The notes under the pieces: generated by a model | What the model was told of the DNA's origin: nothing | The model's input: only the letters and a program-made list of their open reading frames with translations | The model's database searches: none | Shown: positions 1 to 11,703 of the stretch, in pieces | How the letters are laid out: each line of letters opens with the position of its first letter | Numbering within the stretch: position 1 is the stretch's first letter | Position numbers and translations under genes: made by a program | NCBI GenBank assembly: GCA_965198115.1 | Contig: OZ240241.1 | Coordinates: 7,456,001 to 7,520,000, forward strand | Source of the DNA: Candidatus Latescibacterota bacterium | GTDB taxonomy: Bacteria > Latescibacterota > UBA2968 | Direction of reading: 5' to 3' | Length of the DNA: 64,000 bases

Positions 1-60
1 GCGGGTTCCCGATTGCAACGACTCGGAGGTAGAAAAATTATGGGATACTCGAAAAAAGGC

Positions 61-102
61 TTGACATCCAAGGAGCGTTCTGACTCGTCTATCCTAGACG
101 AG
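61..102 (+). promoter_or_regulatory. Candidate -35 box and operator palindrome upstream of the adhesin gene
   Basis: TTGACA at 61-66; perfect 8-bp inverted repeat CTCGTCTA-TCC-TAGACGAG at 84-102. Confidence 0.3.
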
Positions 103-224
103 CACCGAGCTTGTAAGTCCGCCGCGCGCGCGCGAACCGCTGCCCGGCTTCACGGCCTGACCTCCCACCGCCCCTTCGAGGTGGAAATCTTCGTTGTTCC
201 ACGGCTGTCGTTCCCGCCGCCGGG

Positions 225-3200
225 ATGTCTCCCTACCTCGGCGCGCTCGCCCGGCGTCTGGTTTTGCCTGCAACGGGTACACTGGCGCTCCTGTTCGCCT
301 TCTCCGTAGAGCCGGTCCAGGCGCAGACGCTCACCACCCTGGTCAGCAATTCCGGTCAACGATTAGTCAGCAGCAACGTAACCATCTCGACGTATGCGCA
401 ACAGTTCACCACCGGGTCGGAGGCGTCCGGCTACACCCTGAGCAGCGTCGAGTTCCTTTACGCCGGCTCAAATAGAGAGGAGTTCGCGGCGTCCCTGTGC
501 ACTGTCATCAGCAGTGTTCCCACGACCGATTGTACGGCGCTCACGGCTGGGGGCACTGTTACAATTGGCTTCGATATCTACAGATCCTTCACTGCACCGG
601 CGAGTACCAGCCTCGCTGCAAGTACGACTTACGCCATCAAGGCGAAGGATCCGGACATAGCCGCCGATCTGATACGTACCCAAGACGACGGCGAGGATAC
701 CGGGGGCGCCGCCGGATGGAGCATGGCGAACGCGTACAACTTTCTGGCGGGGAATACCTGGAGCTTAAATTCAGAAGGCAATTCGCTCGTCATCACCATC
801 AGGGGCTACGTGGGGGTGGTGACCACGACGGAATCGGACGACGCGACGCTGAGCGCGCTGGCGCTGACGGAGGGGACGACGACGACGACGGTCACGCTGA
901 GCCCGACCTTCGCTTCGGGCACGGACGCCTACACGGCGTCGGTGGCCAACACCGTGACCTCGGTGACGGTGTCGGGGACCGCGAACGACGCGGCGAACGG
1001 CGCGACGGTGGCGTACTCGGGCACCGATGCGGACAGCGCGGCCGGCCACCAGGTGGACCTGGACGTGGGTTCGAACACGATCACGGTGACGGTGACGGTG
1101 ACGGCGGAGGACGACAGCACGACCGAGACCTACACCGTGACGGTGACGCGGAGGCTTCCGTCGGACGCGACGCTGAGCGAGTTCCTCATTACCGACTTAT
1201 TAAGCGGGAACCTCCCCAATCCCACTCCGATAGGCACCTGAACTCCGTCCTTCACGAGCGGCACGACGAGCTACACGGCGACGGTCGACAACGACGCTAA
1301 CGCGGTGTCGGTGGTGGCGACCGCGAACCATTCGGGCGCCACGGTGGTGATATTGCCGGCGGATGCGGGCGCCGTTACCGACGGCCACCAGGTGGACCTG
1401 GACGTGGGTTCGAACACGATCACGGTGACGGTGACGGCGGAGGACGGGACGACAACCCGGACCTACACGGTGACGGTGACGCGCGCGGCGGCGACCAATA
1501 ACGCCCCGGAATTCTCCGCGGGCGCCACCGCGACGCGGAACCTCCAGGAGACCGTCGGCGACGCGACCGTGTCGAGCGCGGCGGACTTGGGCGCCGCCTT
1601 CACGGCGACGGACGACGACAGCGACACGCTGACCTACAGCCTGGAGGGGGCCGATGCCGGGAACTTCACCGTCAACGCGAACACGGGCCAGCTCCGCACG
1701 AAGGCGGGGGTGAACTACGATCACGAGGCGAAGTCGAGCCAGGCGGTGACGGTCAAGGTCGACGACGGCAACGGCGGCACGGACACCATCGCGGTGACGG
1801 TCAACGTGACGGACCGGGACGAGCCGCCGGTGAAGCCCGATGGGCCGAGCGTCTCGGCGATGCCGGGGAGCGCGACGAGCCTGGGTGTGGCCTGGACGGC
1901 GGCCGGCAACGCCGGCCGCCCGGCAATCCAGAGCTACGACCTGCAGTACCGCGAGGGGACGAGCGGGAGCTGGTCGAACGGCCCGCAGAACCGGACCGGA
2001 ACCAGCGCGGCGATCAGCGGCCTCGACGAGGAGACGGCCTACCAAGTGCGGGTGCGGGCGACGAACGCCGAGGGCGACGGCCCCTGGTCGGAGCCGGGCT
2101 CGGGACGCACCGCGGCCCCGGGCGGCACCCCGTAGAGGTGACGCTGCAGCTCAGCGATGCGGATGGCTACGTCATCGAGAACCACGGGAACGTGACGGTT
2201 TCGGCGGACCCGGTGGCGCCGGCGACGGCCGGCGACTTCACGCTGAGCACCAACCGGGTGCTGAGCTTCGCCGCCAACGCCACCGCGAGCACCGGGACGG
2301 TGAGGATCAGGCCGGTTGACGACGACGACCCCGAGCCGCACGACGTGGTGACGATCTCCGGCGCCGTGTCGAACGTGGCCATCCCGGACCCCGACGACGT
2401 GACCCTGACCATCACCAACAACGACGCTGAAGCCTTCGACGTCGCGGTCAGCGCACCGGCGGCCGTGGACAAGGACGCGGGGACGGCGGCCGTGACCTAC
2501 ACGCTCACGACCCGGCAGAACAGCGCCCCGGTGATCGACGTGGACATGTCATATGAGCTTGATCGTGCGGAAACCGCCACGCGCGGCGACGACTACACCC
2601 CGCCGGCCGGCACCTCCTACGGTGGACTACTCGTGTTATTCGACAACGTGCCGACCTCGGCGTTCTCCCCCAACGCCGCGGGCACGGCCTGGGTGGCGGA
2701 GCGTTCCTTCACGATCGGCATCGTCGACGACCAGGAAGTCGAGAGGGACGAGACCATCGTGTTCCGAGTCGACACCAATGCGGACCGGTCGCCCGCGCAC
2801 ACCATCACCATCCGCGACGACGACGGCATCGTCCCCGGCAAGCCCACGGGCCTTCAGGCCGCGGCCAAGAGCCAGACGCGGATCCAGCTTGCCTGGACCG
2901 CCCCGGCGGACGTCGGCAGCTTTGCGATCACGGGCTACAGGATCGAGGTCTCCGAGAACGCGGGCTCGAGCTGGAACGTCCTCAAAGGCCACACCGGCAA
3001 CACCCGCGTCGACTATGCCCATACCGGGCTTTCCGACACGCGGCACTACCGGGTGTCGGCGATCAGCGCCGCGGGCACGTCGCGCCCCTCGGGCGTCGTG
3101 TCCGCCACCACCCTTTCAGCGGGCCCGGCCGCGACGAACTCCGCGCTTCCCCCGCCGCAGGACGTGAGAGGGCAGAGCCCAAACTGCCCGGCGAGATTCT

Positions 3201-6200
3201 CTTGAGCTGGTGGAGAAACCCCGACGCCGAATCGCACGCCCTGGTCGATCTCCACCAGTACCGGTACCGCGTCCGCGACGCGAACACCTGGAGTGAGGAC
3301 TGGACCACCGTTAACCAGACGATGATTCCCGCGACGAACGAGATAAGAAACTACAACTCAGTCCTTCTGAAGGATTTGGACGCGGGGACGGCCTACGAAT
3401 TCCAGGTGCGCTCGGTGGACACGGCCGACCGCTACAGCGCGGCTGTCACGGCCTTGGGGACGGCGGTAGGTCAGCAAACGATCTCGATCGAAGCGCCATC
3501 GGGCTCGGTGACCGAAGGAGACCCGCTGCGCTTCACGGTGTCGCGCAACCAGCCCCACGGCACGCTGGACGTCGCGGTACGGTTCAGCGAGACCGGCAAC
3601 ATGCTCCGGCCGGACCAGCGAGGACGCAATTGGTTCTCCAGGATCGTCCGTTTCGGGGACGGGAACGCGACGATACCGGCGGTCGTGGAAACCGTTGACG
3701 ACGGCGACGCGTCCGAGCCGGACAGCGAAGTCACCGCCGAGGTGCAGCAGGCTACTTCCCATCCGCACGGACATCTGTACGAGGTCCACGGGAGGCGGGG
3801 CTCGGCGACGAAAACGGTGACCGCCTCCGGGAGTTCGTCACGCGCGGAGGAATCGAGTTCGGCGCTGTCGGTGGCGGACGCGGAGGCGACCGAGGGTGTG
3901 GACGAGACGCTGGACTTCGTGGTGAGGCTCGACCCGAAGCCGTCGCGGGAGGTGACGGTCGACTACCGGACCGAGGACGGGACGGCGACGGCGGGCTCCG
4001 ACTACACGGAGACGCGCGGCACGCTGACCTTCGCGCCGGGCGAGGACGAGAAGACGGTGTCGGTGCCGATCGCGGACGACGCGGTGGAGGACGACGGGGA
4101 GACGTTCACGCTGGTGCTGAGCAACGCCTCGGGCGCGGACTTCGCGAAAAACGACAACGAGGCGGTGGGCACGATCCGGAACACCGAGACGACGGCGCAG
4201 CCGGACCTGACGGCGTCGTTCGTGGGCGTGCCGGAGGCGCATGACGGCGAGAGCGGGATCCGCTTCCGGGTGGAGTTCAGCGACGAGATCAGGATCAGCT
4301 ACAAGACGCTACGCGACACGTCGTTCACGTTGACGAACGGCGACATCACCGGAGCGCGGCGGGTGGACGGCCGCCGCGACCTGTGGGAGATGACGGTCGC
4401 GCCGGCGCCGGAGCCGTTGACGATCCGGTTGCCGGAGACGCGGGACTGCGCCGCGAGCGGCGCGGTGTGCACCGGCGACGGACGACCGCTGTCGCATTCG
4501 CTGACGGCGACGGTGGCCGTCGCGGCGGCCATCTCGGTGGCCGATGCGCAGGTGGAAGAAGACGACGGCGCGGTGCTGGCCTTCGGGGTGACGCTGGATC
4601 GCGCGGCGGGCGGCACGGTGACGGTGGACTACGCCACGGCCAACGGCACGGCGACGGCGGGGGAGGACTACACGGCCACCAGCGGCACGCTGAGGTTTCC
4701 AGCCGGCGAGACCTCGAAGACGATCGAGGTGGCGGTGCTGGACGACTCCCACGACGAGGGCGAGGAGACGTTGACGCTGCGGCTCTCGAACCCCGTGGGG
4801 GGCCGGCTGACCGACGGCGAGGCGACCGGGACGATCGAGAACCGGGACCCGCTGCCGAAGGCGTTCATGGCACGGTTCGGGCGGACGGTGGCGGTGCAGG
4901 TGGTCGAGCAGGTGGAGGAACGGATCCAGGCGCCGCGCCGGACGGGTTTCGAGGGCCGGGTGGCGGGCCGGGAGCTGCGGCGGGGGATGGAGCGCGAGGT
5001 GGCGCTTGGCTTCCTGAACCGGCTCGGCGGCCTGGGCGGCGCGAACCGATACGGTGCGGGCCCTGACACTCCGATGGCCGGCTCGCCGGCTGGCGGCGCA
5101 ATGCTCGGGAGGCCGGGGCCTTCGGGCGGCGGCCGGCTCGACATGGGACTCGGCTCGATGGGATTCGGCGGCGACAGCCTGCTCACCGGCTCGTCCTTCG
5201 CGCTCAACCGCGAGACCGGCAGCGGCGGCATCCTGTCGTTCTGGAGCCGGGGGGTGCAGTCGCAGTTCTATGGCCGCGAAGGCGATCTGTCGCTCGACGG
5301 CCGGGGTCGCACGACCATGTTCGGCGCCGACTATGCGACCGGTCCGCTGCTGGTGGGCCTGTCTCTGGCGCACAGCCGGGGGCGGGGCGGCTACTCGGGA
5401 GCCGACGCCGGCGTGGTGACCTCGTCGGTGACGGGCCTCTACCCCTGGCTGGGCTACAAGGTGACCGACCGGATCACGCTGTGGGGCGTGACCGGATACG
5501 GCAAGGGCGCGCTGTAGTTGACACCGGGTGAGGGAACAACGCTCAAGAGCGGATTGTCGATGGCCATGGCGGCGGGCGGCCTGCGGGGCGAGCTGGCGGA
5601 TTCGGTGGTGGGTGGCTTCGGGCTGGCCTTCAAGGCCGATGCGCTGTGGGTCGGCACGGGCATCGAAGGCGTGGAGGGTCCGGCGGGCCGGCTGGCGGCG
5701 ACCGCAGCCACGGTAACCCGTTTCCGGACCGGGCTGGAGGCCTCGCGCGGCTACAGCATCAAGCGCAGGTTGTCGCTTGAGCCCAGACTGGAGGTCGGAC
5801 TGCGGCGCGACGGCGGAGACGCCGAGACGGGCGCCGGTGTGGATATCGGCGGCGGGCTGATCGTATCGGACACTCTGAGCGGACTGTCGGCCGACGTGCG
5901 GGTCCGGATGCTGCTGGTGCACGAGGCGGAAGGGTTCCGGGAGCGGGGCGTGTCGGTGTCGTTCAGCTACAACCCGACGCCCCAGACGCCGCTGGGCTCT
6001 TTCTGGCGAGTGACCCCGTCCTGGGGCGGACAGGCTACGAGCGGAGCCGAGGCGCTGTGGGGGTGCGAGACGATGGCGGGAATGGCGCACGGCGGCGCGT
6101 CAGCTGGCAACCGCCTGCAGGCCGAACTGGGCTACGGGCTGCCGGTCGGGAGCCGGCTGGTCGGCACGCCGCGGTTCGGGGTCGCGACCTCGGAGTACGG

Positions 6201-6348
6201 GCGGGACTACCGGCTGGGCTACGGCATGACCCTGCTGGAGCGGGACTCGTTGGGCTTCGAGCTGGGCGTCGACGCGCAGCGCCGGGAGAACCCGCTGCTG
6301 GGCGGCACGGACAACGGGGTCCTGGGCCGGGCCACCGTGCGGTGGTAG
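225..6348 (+). pseudogene. Large surface adhesin/autotransporter-like protein (signal peptide, choice-of-anchor R-like domain, cadherin-like beta-sandwich x2, cadherin, FN3, Calx-beta repeats, C-terminal beta-barrel) broken into 5 ORFs
   Basis: ORFs 225-1241, 1305-2135, 2138-3205, 3202-5517, 5518-6348 form one continuous domain series. In-frame TGA at 1239 and TAG at 5515; frameshifts near 2135 and about 3170-3200. Motifs SDDATLSAL, VDYATANGTATAGEDY and terminal ATVRW. Confidence 0.85.
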
Positions 6349-6483
6349 GAGACACGGTTTCCAGGGAATGGACGCGACGGGCCGGAGGATGTAAGGCGGG
6401 GTCGTACCATCCGGCGTCCTGGACGACCGGAACGCTTCCCATCCCGGAAGTCCTGCCAAGAGCGAAAGGTTCCGGAATGAGCC

Positions 6484-7072
6484 ATGACCCGTCACTACTC
6501 GACCCGGAGCTTCTTCCGGCAGGTGCCGAACGACTTGCTGGCCCGCTACTTCAAACGCCGGGGGTTGCTCGGCGATCTGGACTTTGCGGGATTCGGCGAA
6601 ACCCCATCGGAAAGGCTGTTTGCGGCCTGGCTGGAGCGGTCCGAGGAGGAGCGCCAAGCCGTGGAGGCCGAGTTTCGGGAGATCTTCGAGATGAGCTGCG
6701 AGAAGGGAGTCGCGGCCATCCTGGACGAAGCGCGCTGGCAGTGGCGCGACGATCCCGACGGGCTGAGGGCTTTCGTCGAAGAGTTTTCGGCACTGCCGGG
6801 CCACTCTCACCGGGCCATGGCCACATACCTCGATCACCCGGAATGCTGGACGGGGGCCACGCGGTTCTATCATGCCGACGCGCTGCCCCACTGGCGCAAG
6901 CGCAAGCATTTGGGACACCGGCCGGCAGCGGTGGACGTAGCGAGTCTCGAGCACCTGGCCGACCTGATCCGCACCTATTTCCACAGCAGTGAGGGCCGGG
7001 GCAACCACTGCGTGGTCGAATCCTACCGGCGCAGAGAGCTCGACTACTTCTTCGCCTACCCGGAGGACTTCT
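6484..7072 (+). pseudogene. Conserved hypothetical protein of genomic islands, 3'-truncated by IS256
   Basis: Protein-like ORF MTRHYSTRSFFRQVPNDLLARYF...YFFAYPEDF runs into the IS inverted repeat at 7073. Confidence 0.6.
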
Positions 7073-8502
7073 GGGCAATGTCTTTTTCGCTGTTGAAATT
7101 GGACAGCGGCATGTGATGGTTTCAGGCGGCTGCAGGGCGTCCTTCAACGTTCCCGTCGAGGGCGGCATCGTGCGTCTGAAGGGCGACCACAAGCTTGGTC
7201 ATCTGGCGGTAGCCCTTGAGTCGCCGGAAGCCCCGTTCGGCTTCCAAGGCACCGGCGGCGCTCCAGCGCAGGATCATGCGGCCGCTCTTCCATCGCTTGA
7301 CGCGGCCTGAGAGTTGGCGCAACTGTCCGATCAGGTTTTCGATGACGTTCGTGCTCGAAAGGGTGCGCTCCAGGGAAGATCCACCGAGGCCCAGGCGTTT
7401 GACCGTCAGCAGATCCTCGAGCCCTTCGCGGAGCGAGGCGGCCGCACCGGGGTGCTGCTCGTCCAGGCTCCTCGCCAGATTCTTCAGCATACGCTCGGCT
7501 AGTTCAGGATCTTCGGCTTTGAACGCGTCTTTCAGGGCGCGCTTCACCGACCCCCGCTTGCCCTCCGGCAGCGCGTCCAACACGTTCCGCTTCTTATGCT
7601 CCTGGCATCGCTGGATGAGCGCGCGTCTTCCGAGGACCGACCGCACAGCCCTGTAAAGGGCCTTGCCGCCGTCGATCACCACGAGGATAGCCCGGTCGGT
7701 GGGGAGGCCCCGCTCTACAAGGTCCTCCAGCAGGGCCGTGCAGGTGGCCTTGTTCTCCGTCGCCCCTTCCCAGAGTCCGAGCACGTGCTTCTGGCCTTGG
7801 CCGTCAATGCCCACCCCCGCCACAATGACGTGATCGCCGGCATAGTGGACGCCGTCGAGCATCAGCACTTTCAGGCCCAGCTCGGACAGATCGCGCTCCA
7901 TCAGCGTGGCCAGTTTCCTGGCTGTCCCACGGACGAACCGGCCACTTACCGCGCTCCGACTGGTTCCACGGCCCACAAGGACCTCAGGCACCTCCTCCAG
8001 AGAGCGCCGGTACTTGCGCGTCGACACCCCGACCAGCATCTGTTCGATCGCACGCGCCTCAAGCGGGTCCCTGGCCGACCACGATTCCCAGCTCGGCAGC
8101 GACACCTCTTCCCCCGAGGTCGTCCGCACCCGAGGCCGCTTCACCTTGACCAGCCGCCCACCCAGTACCAGGGAGCTGGGCACATGCCCGCCCCGGTGAG
8201 CCTGTCGCTCTTCCGTGTGCCGATAACGAGGCCCGCACACCTGCGTCCGCTCCGACTCAAGCACCTCAATGACGTGCGACAACCCGGACACCAGAACCGT
8301 GTCCTACAGACTCTCTCGAACGAACGCACCAAGCGCCTGACTCAGTCCCGACTTGACGTTTCCCTGTTGCCGACTTGCTTTCTTACTGACATTCTTACCC
8401 ATGGTGGTAGCTCCTCTTTGATGTGAACTACTTCCCACCCGAATCATGGGATTCGGGCGGAGGAGCCGCCACCCAATTTCAACAATCTAGGAGACTTCGC
8501 CC
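7073..8502 (-). mobile_element. IS256-family element (type A)
   Basis: Imperfect IRs GGGCAATGTC...TGTTGAAATTGG and GGGCGAAGTC...TGTTGAAATTGG; flanks differ, so no target duplication. Confidence 0.85.
7122..8402 (-). pseudogene. IS256-family (Mutator-like DDE) transposase with a nonsense codon
   Basis: Motifs LMLDGV, VIDGGKAL, QRCQEHKKRN, STNVIE. ATG at 8402 with GAGGAG RBS is in frame but interrupted by TAG at 8306-8304. Confidence 0.85.
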
Positions 8503-8640
8503 TGGCAAATGCTGCTCAAGTTTGTGGATTACCTTGAACTTCACGCTGTTCAGATTGCTGTATGACTTGATGATTCGGTGCCAAAGTAAAGAGGCCGCGA
8601 TTCCCATAACAGGTATAAGGGCTTCTGGGTTTTTTCGGAT
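8503..8640 (-). pseudogene. Fragment of a RipA-family small membrane protein (putative defence effector), cut by IS256
   Basis: Manual translation IPVMGIAASLLWHRIIKSYSNLNSVKFKVIHKLEQHLP matches the W..I.SY..LN..KF.VIH.LE..LP pattern of this family. Confidence 0.55.
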
Positions 8641-8829
8641 TCACCCTGCTGACATCAGGCGATCGTCGATGCCACCCTCCTGATCCTTCAGATCCGGGTT
8701 GTCGGGCAACACCTCATTATCGTGGCTGACCGTAACAGAGCACGCAGCCCTAAAGGTAATGGCGTGGTACTTGTCGTGTCCAACAGCTGACAGTGGAAGC
8801 AGAATGGAAGCAGGCAGGGATTAATGCAG

Positions 8830-8868
8830 AACAACGGGTTACATCGTAATGACATAACCCGTTGTTTT
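8830..8868 (+). terminator. Hairpin, possible intrinsic terminator
   Basis: AACAACGGGTTA / TAACCCGTTGTT 12-bp perfect stem ending in a short T run. Confidence 0.45.
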
Positions 8869-8949
8869 ACCATCACCAGCGTCCAACCCTGCCTCGGTGA
8901 CATCTGCGTCACGCTGGTGTAGACCTTTCAACTCGACAGAACCGGGCCT

Positions 8950-9040
8950 GTTGGTATCTAAGGGGCGGCCTCGGTCCCGCGGGCAGCTTGGGGTGACGGA
9001 GAGTGCGTTGCGCTACCGGCTGAAGAAGCTGGAGCAGGGG
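8950..9040 (+). pseudogene. HTH fragment resembling the N-terminus of an IS21 IstA transposase
   Basis: QLGVTESALRYRLKKLEQG helix-turn-helix pattern. Confidence 0.35.
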
Positions 9041-9219
9041 CCGAGGAGCGGGTGGGGGTGGGCCACGACCCCAGCCGCGTAGCCGCCTAAGTCGAGGCGT
9101 GGGTCGACGCGTCCGAGGAGGACCCCCGGGAGATTTCTCATCTCCGGCCTCTTCGCACGAGCAAATCACTGGTCAGCGGTCTCTTTTTGTTACAACGCCG
9201 AGCAGGTCGAGGCGGCCCA

Positions 9220-9680
9220 CAGGCTACTGCAACGCCAAAGCAGCCCAACCTCAAAGCCCCAGAAGGAGCTGTCCCGAGCAGCAATCAATGACGCCTTCAA
9301 GGCTGCCGCCAGGGCGCTTCGCGACCAGGTCAAGAACTGGAACGGACCACGGTTCGAGGAGGCCGTTCGGCAGGCCTTTCGAGACCAAGGCTACGCGATC
9401 AAAGATCATCGACACTTCGACCGCCAAGGGCGGCGACGCCGACATCCTCGTATCGCCTCCGGCAAGTCTTTATGGCCTGTTCCTGCCTGCGGAGATCGCC
9501 GTGCAGGTGAAGTGGAGACAGGGCGTGGACGAGTACGATGAGGAGTCCGTCAGGCAAATCGTCAAGTGGGCGGAATCAGAAGGCAGCGCCGCTGGGAAGT
9601 TCGTGATCAGTTCGGCATCGAGATTCACCGACAAGGCGCGCGAACTGGCGGCTGCGAACAACGTCCATCTGATCGGTGCT
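9220..9680 (+). pseudogene. Mrr-like (type IV) restriction endonuclease fragment, frameshifted
   Basis: FEEAVRQAFRDQGY, frameshift near 9428, then GGDADIL...AVQVK...SSASRFTDKARELAAANNVHLIG (D...QxK catalytic pattern). Confidence 0.7.
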
Positions 9681-9895
9681 GGAGCACGTCTGTCACAGCC
9701 TCCAGACCCAGCGGGATCAACGCCTGGATCACTGATAAACGCGTCTCCAAATCGATGACGTCTGCGTCAACCTTGACTTCCCCATCGCCTGCAAATAGCT
9801 TCTCCATCCTGGGCTCCTTTCTTACGGGTCCTACACGCGTACCCACAACGTAAGTTTGGAGCCCTCTAAGTTTCAACTACGATAGGGACCTCACC
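9678..9895 (-). mobile_element. Left end and N-terminal scrap of a third IS256-type element
   Basis: IR-like GGTGAGGTCCCTATCGTAGTTGAAA followed by RBS and MEK...IQALIPLGLEAVTDVLQ. Confidence 0.55.
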
Positions 9896-10078
9896 ATCAG
9901 GAAAAACGGTAATGGACAGTGTGAAATCAGACATCAATAACTCGGTGGTCATCGTTGAGCCTCGGTATGTTATGTTTTTAGCCATCTCGTTCCTCCCGAG
10001 CCCGAAATGACCGGGAGGCTTCTATAGGATTGTATATAATCCCCCCCCCAAGAGTCAAATTCATGAAGGAGAGTCCGC

Positions 10079-10279
10079 ATGCAGTGCATTTGTCCCGTCA
10101 AGGATTGCGGTGCGGTAATCAACGTTTCGCCATCGAACGATCCAGTCGTCACCCGATTGTGTCACAAGTGCGATTCCATTCTCAACATCAGGATGGCTAA
10201 CGGCAGGGCGTCCAGCATCGAGATCGAATTTTCCCCAAGCCAGGATTGGAAATCGGGCATAAGGACCAAGGGGACGTGA
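10079..10279 (+). CDS. Small Zn-ribbon-like hypothetical protein
   Basis: CPVKDC...CHKC cysteine pairs; AAGGAG upstream of the ATG. Confidence 0.35.
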   Translation: MQCICPVKDCGAVINVSPSNDPVVTRLCHKCDSILNIRMANGRASSIEIEFSPSQDWKSGIRTKGT

Positions 10280-10309
10280 AAAGGGCAAGCCTGCGCGAGG
10301 CGGTTCGCC

Positions 10310-10492
10310 GGTCGGCAGTACCCCCTGCGCTGGATCGAGGTCTTTTACGAAACGCCCCTGGGCAAGATCCTTCACGGCGACGCTCGCTGCTGGCTCTTCA
10401 ACGGCGTTCCCGAGAAGTCGGTCGATTTGATCATGACCTCGCCTCCTTATGGCCTTGTCAGCAAGAAAGGGGGATTATTGGGCCAAGGATGA
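10310..10492 (+). pseudogene. N-terminal fragment of a beta-class N4-cytosine/N6-adenine DNA methyltransferase (M.PvuII-like)
   Basis: Manual translation YETPLGKILHGDARCWLFNGVPEKSVDLIMTSPPYGL with the SPPY catalytic motif; stop at 10490. Confidence 0.7.
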
Positions 10493-10965
10493 GCGTTGTA
10501 TCACCTTGGCCGATGTTGATGTGAATGATTTCCAATCCTCCTGCGTAGCTGTTCCCGATAATTAGCGAGCACGCAAGCAATGCATTCAGCTCCTCATAAA
10601 CCCTCCTTCTCACTGGTCTTAGTTGATTGCCTTAACATCCTGTGTTCCAAAAGCGAGAAGCAGGACGGTGGCTGACACAAGAGCAAATCTGCACATTACT
10701 TCCTCCTGACTTTGCCACATACGCAAAAGGGCGCACTTCCCCAATGGGCCAGTCATCCCACTTCTTGTCCACGTCACCTCCCAAAGGTAACTTACTCATG
10801 CGCATTCATTATCGAAGTCGACTGGCTGGATACGTCCAGTCTGCCAGCAATGGCGGAGTGTATCCAGCCGGTCGAATGCTATGGTTCCGGTCGCTGAAAG
10901 GCCCGGACTGGCCCCAGAAAGTGCGCCCCTCTGTATCCTCAAGATTTCCTCACCTGTTTATCAGA

Positions 10966-11433
10966 TTGCGACCTTTATTTGCTACGTTGGCCGTTTTGAC
11001 TCTCTTTGGAGGCGGCTGCGGCAAAGAAGACCCCATTTCTCCAGACGAGGAGCATTACGAAGCCGAAGGTCTTGTCCTCGTCGACTCGGGAAACCGGTTC
11101 TTCCGATACTTCCAGGGGAAAATCGACGCCGGCGACGGGCGGGTAGACCACCTCGAGGTCCCTCACGGCGAACTCACCAGCCACTGGAGCATCTGGTTCC
11201 TGGATGCGAACGGCGCCGAAATGGCCCCGCCGAGCGGCCCGGCGTTCGAATTCACGTGGGTCATCGGCGATCCCTCGATCGTGGAAGTCGTTCAGGATGA
11301 GGGCGAGGAAGGAACGTTCGAATTCCATCTGCGCGGGCTCAAAGTGGACGAAACCACCATTGTGTTGCAGATTTCGCACGAAGGCCACGCAGACTTCCGC
11401 ACTATCCCGATCCCGGTCCACGTGGAAGCTTGA
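10966..11433 (+). CDS. Lipoprotein, probably a metal-binding partner of the downstream TonB-dependent receptor
   Basis: Hydrophobic leader and lipobox-like GGGC; His motifs EEHYEAEG and SHEGHADF. Start uncertain (TTG 10966 or GTG 10921). Confidence 0.7.
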   Translation: MRPLFATLAVLTLFGGGCGKEDPISPDEEHYEAEGLVLVDSGNRFFRYFQGKIDAGDGRVDHLEVPHGELTSHWSIWFLDANGAEMAPPSGPAFEFTWVIGDPSIVEVVQDEGEEGTFEFHLRGLKVDETTIVLQISHEGHADFRTIPIPVHVEA

Positions 11434-11557
11434 GGTCGAAGGATTGACCCACATTCAATCCGGCAACCGGTTCTTCCGCCACTTCCAGCGGATAATTAAC
11501 GCCAGCGATAGCCGGGTGGACCACGTCGAGTTGCCTATTGGTCTGACCGCCGACTGA
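11434..11557 (+). repeat. Degenerate partial duplicate of the lipoprotein gene
   Basis: EVEGLTHIQSGNRFFRHFQRIINASDSRVDHVELP parallels EAEGLVLVDSGNRFFRYFQGKIDAGDGRVDHLEVP (about 11058-11165). Confidence 0.75.
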
Positions 11558-11703
11558 ACTGATTTCGGTGGTGATCAGCGCACCGTCGCAGTAAACGCAG
11601 AGCAGGAGGCGGCCTAACGGCTGCTTCCTGCTCATTCACAACTTCCGGATTCATTTCTATGCCTGTAAAGCCCGCGGTTGTCTGGACACTCGGGTGAGTG
11701 TAT

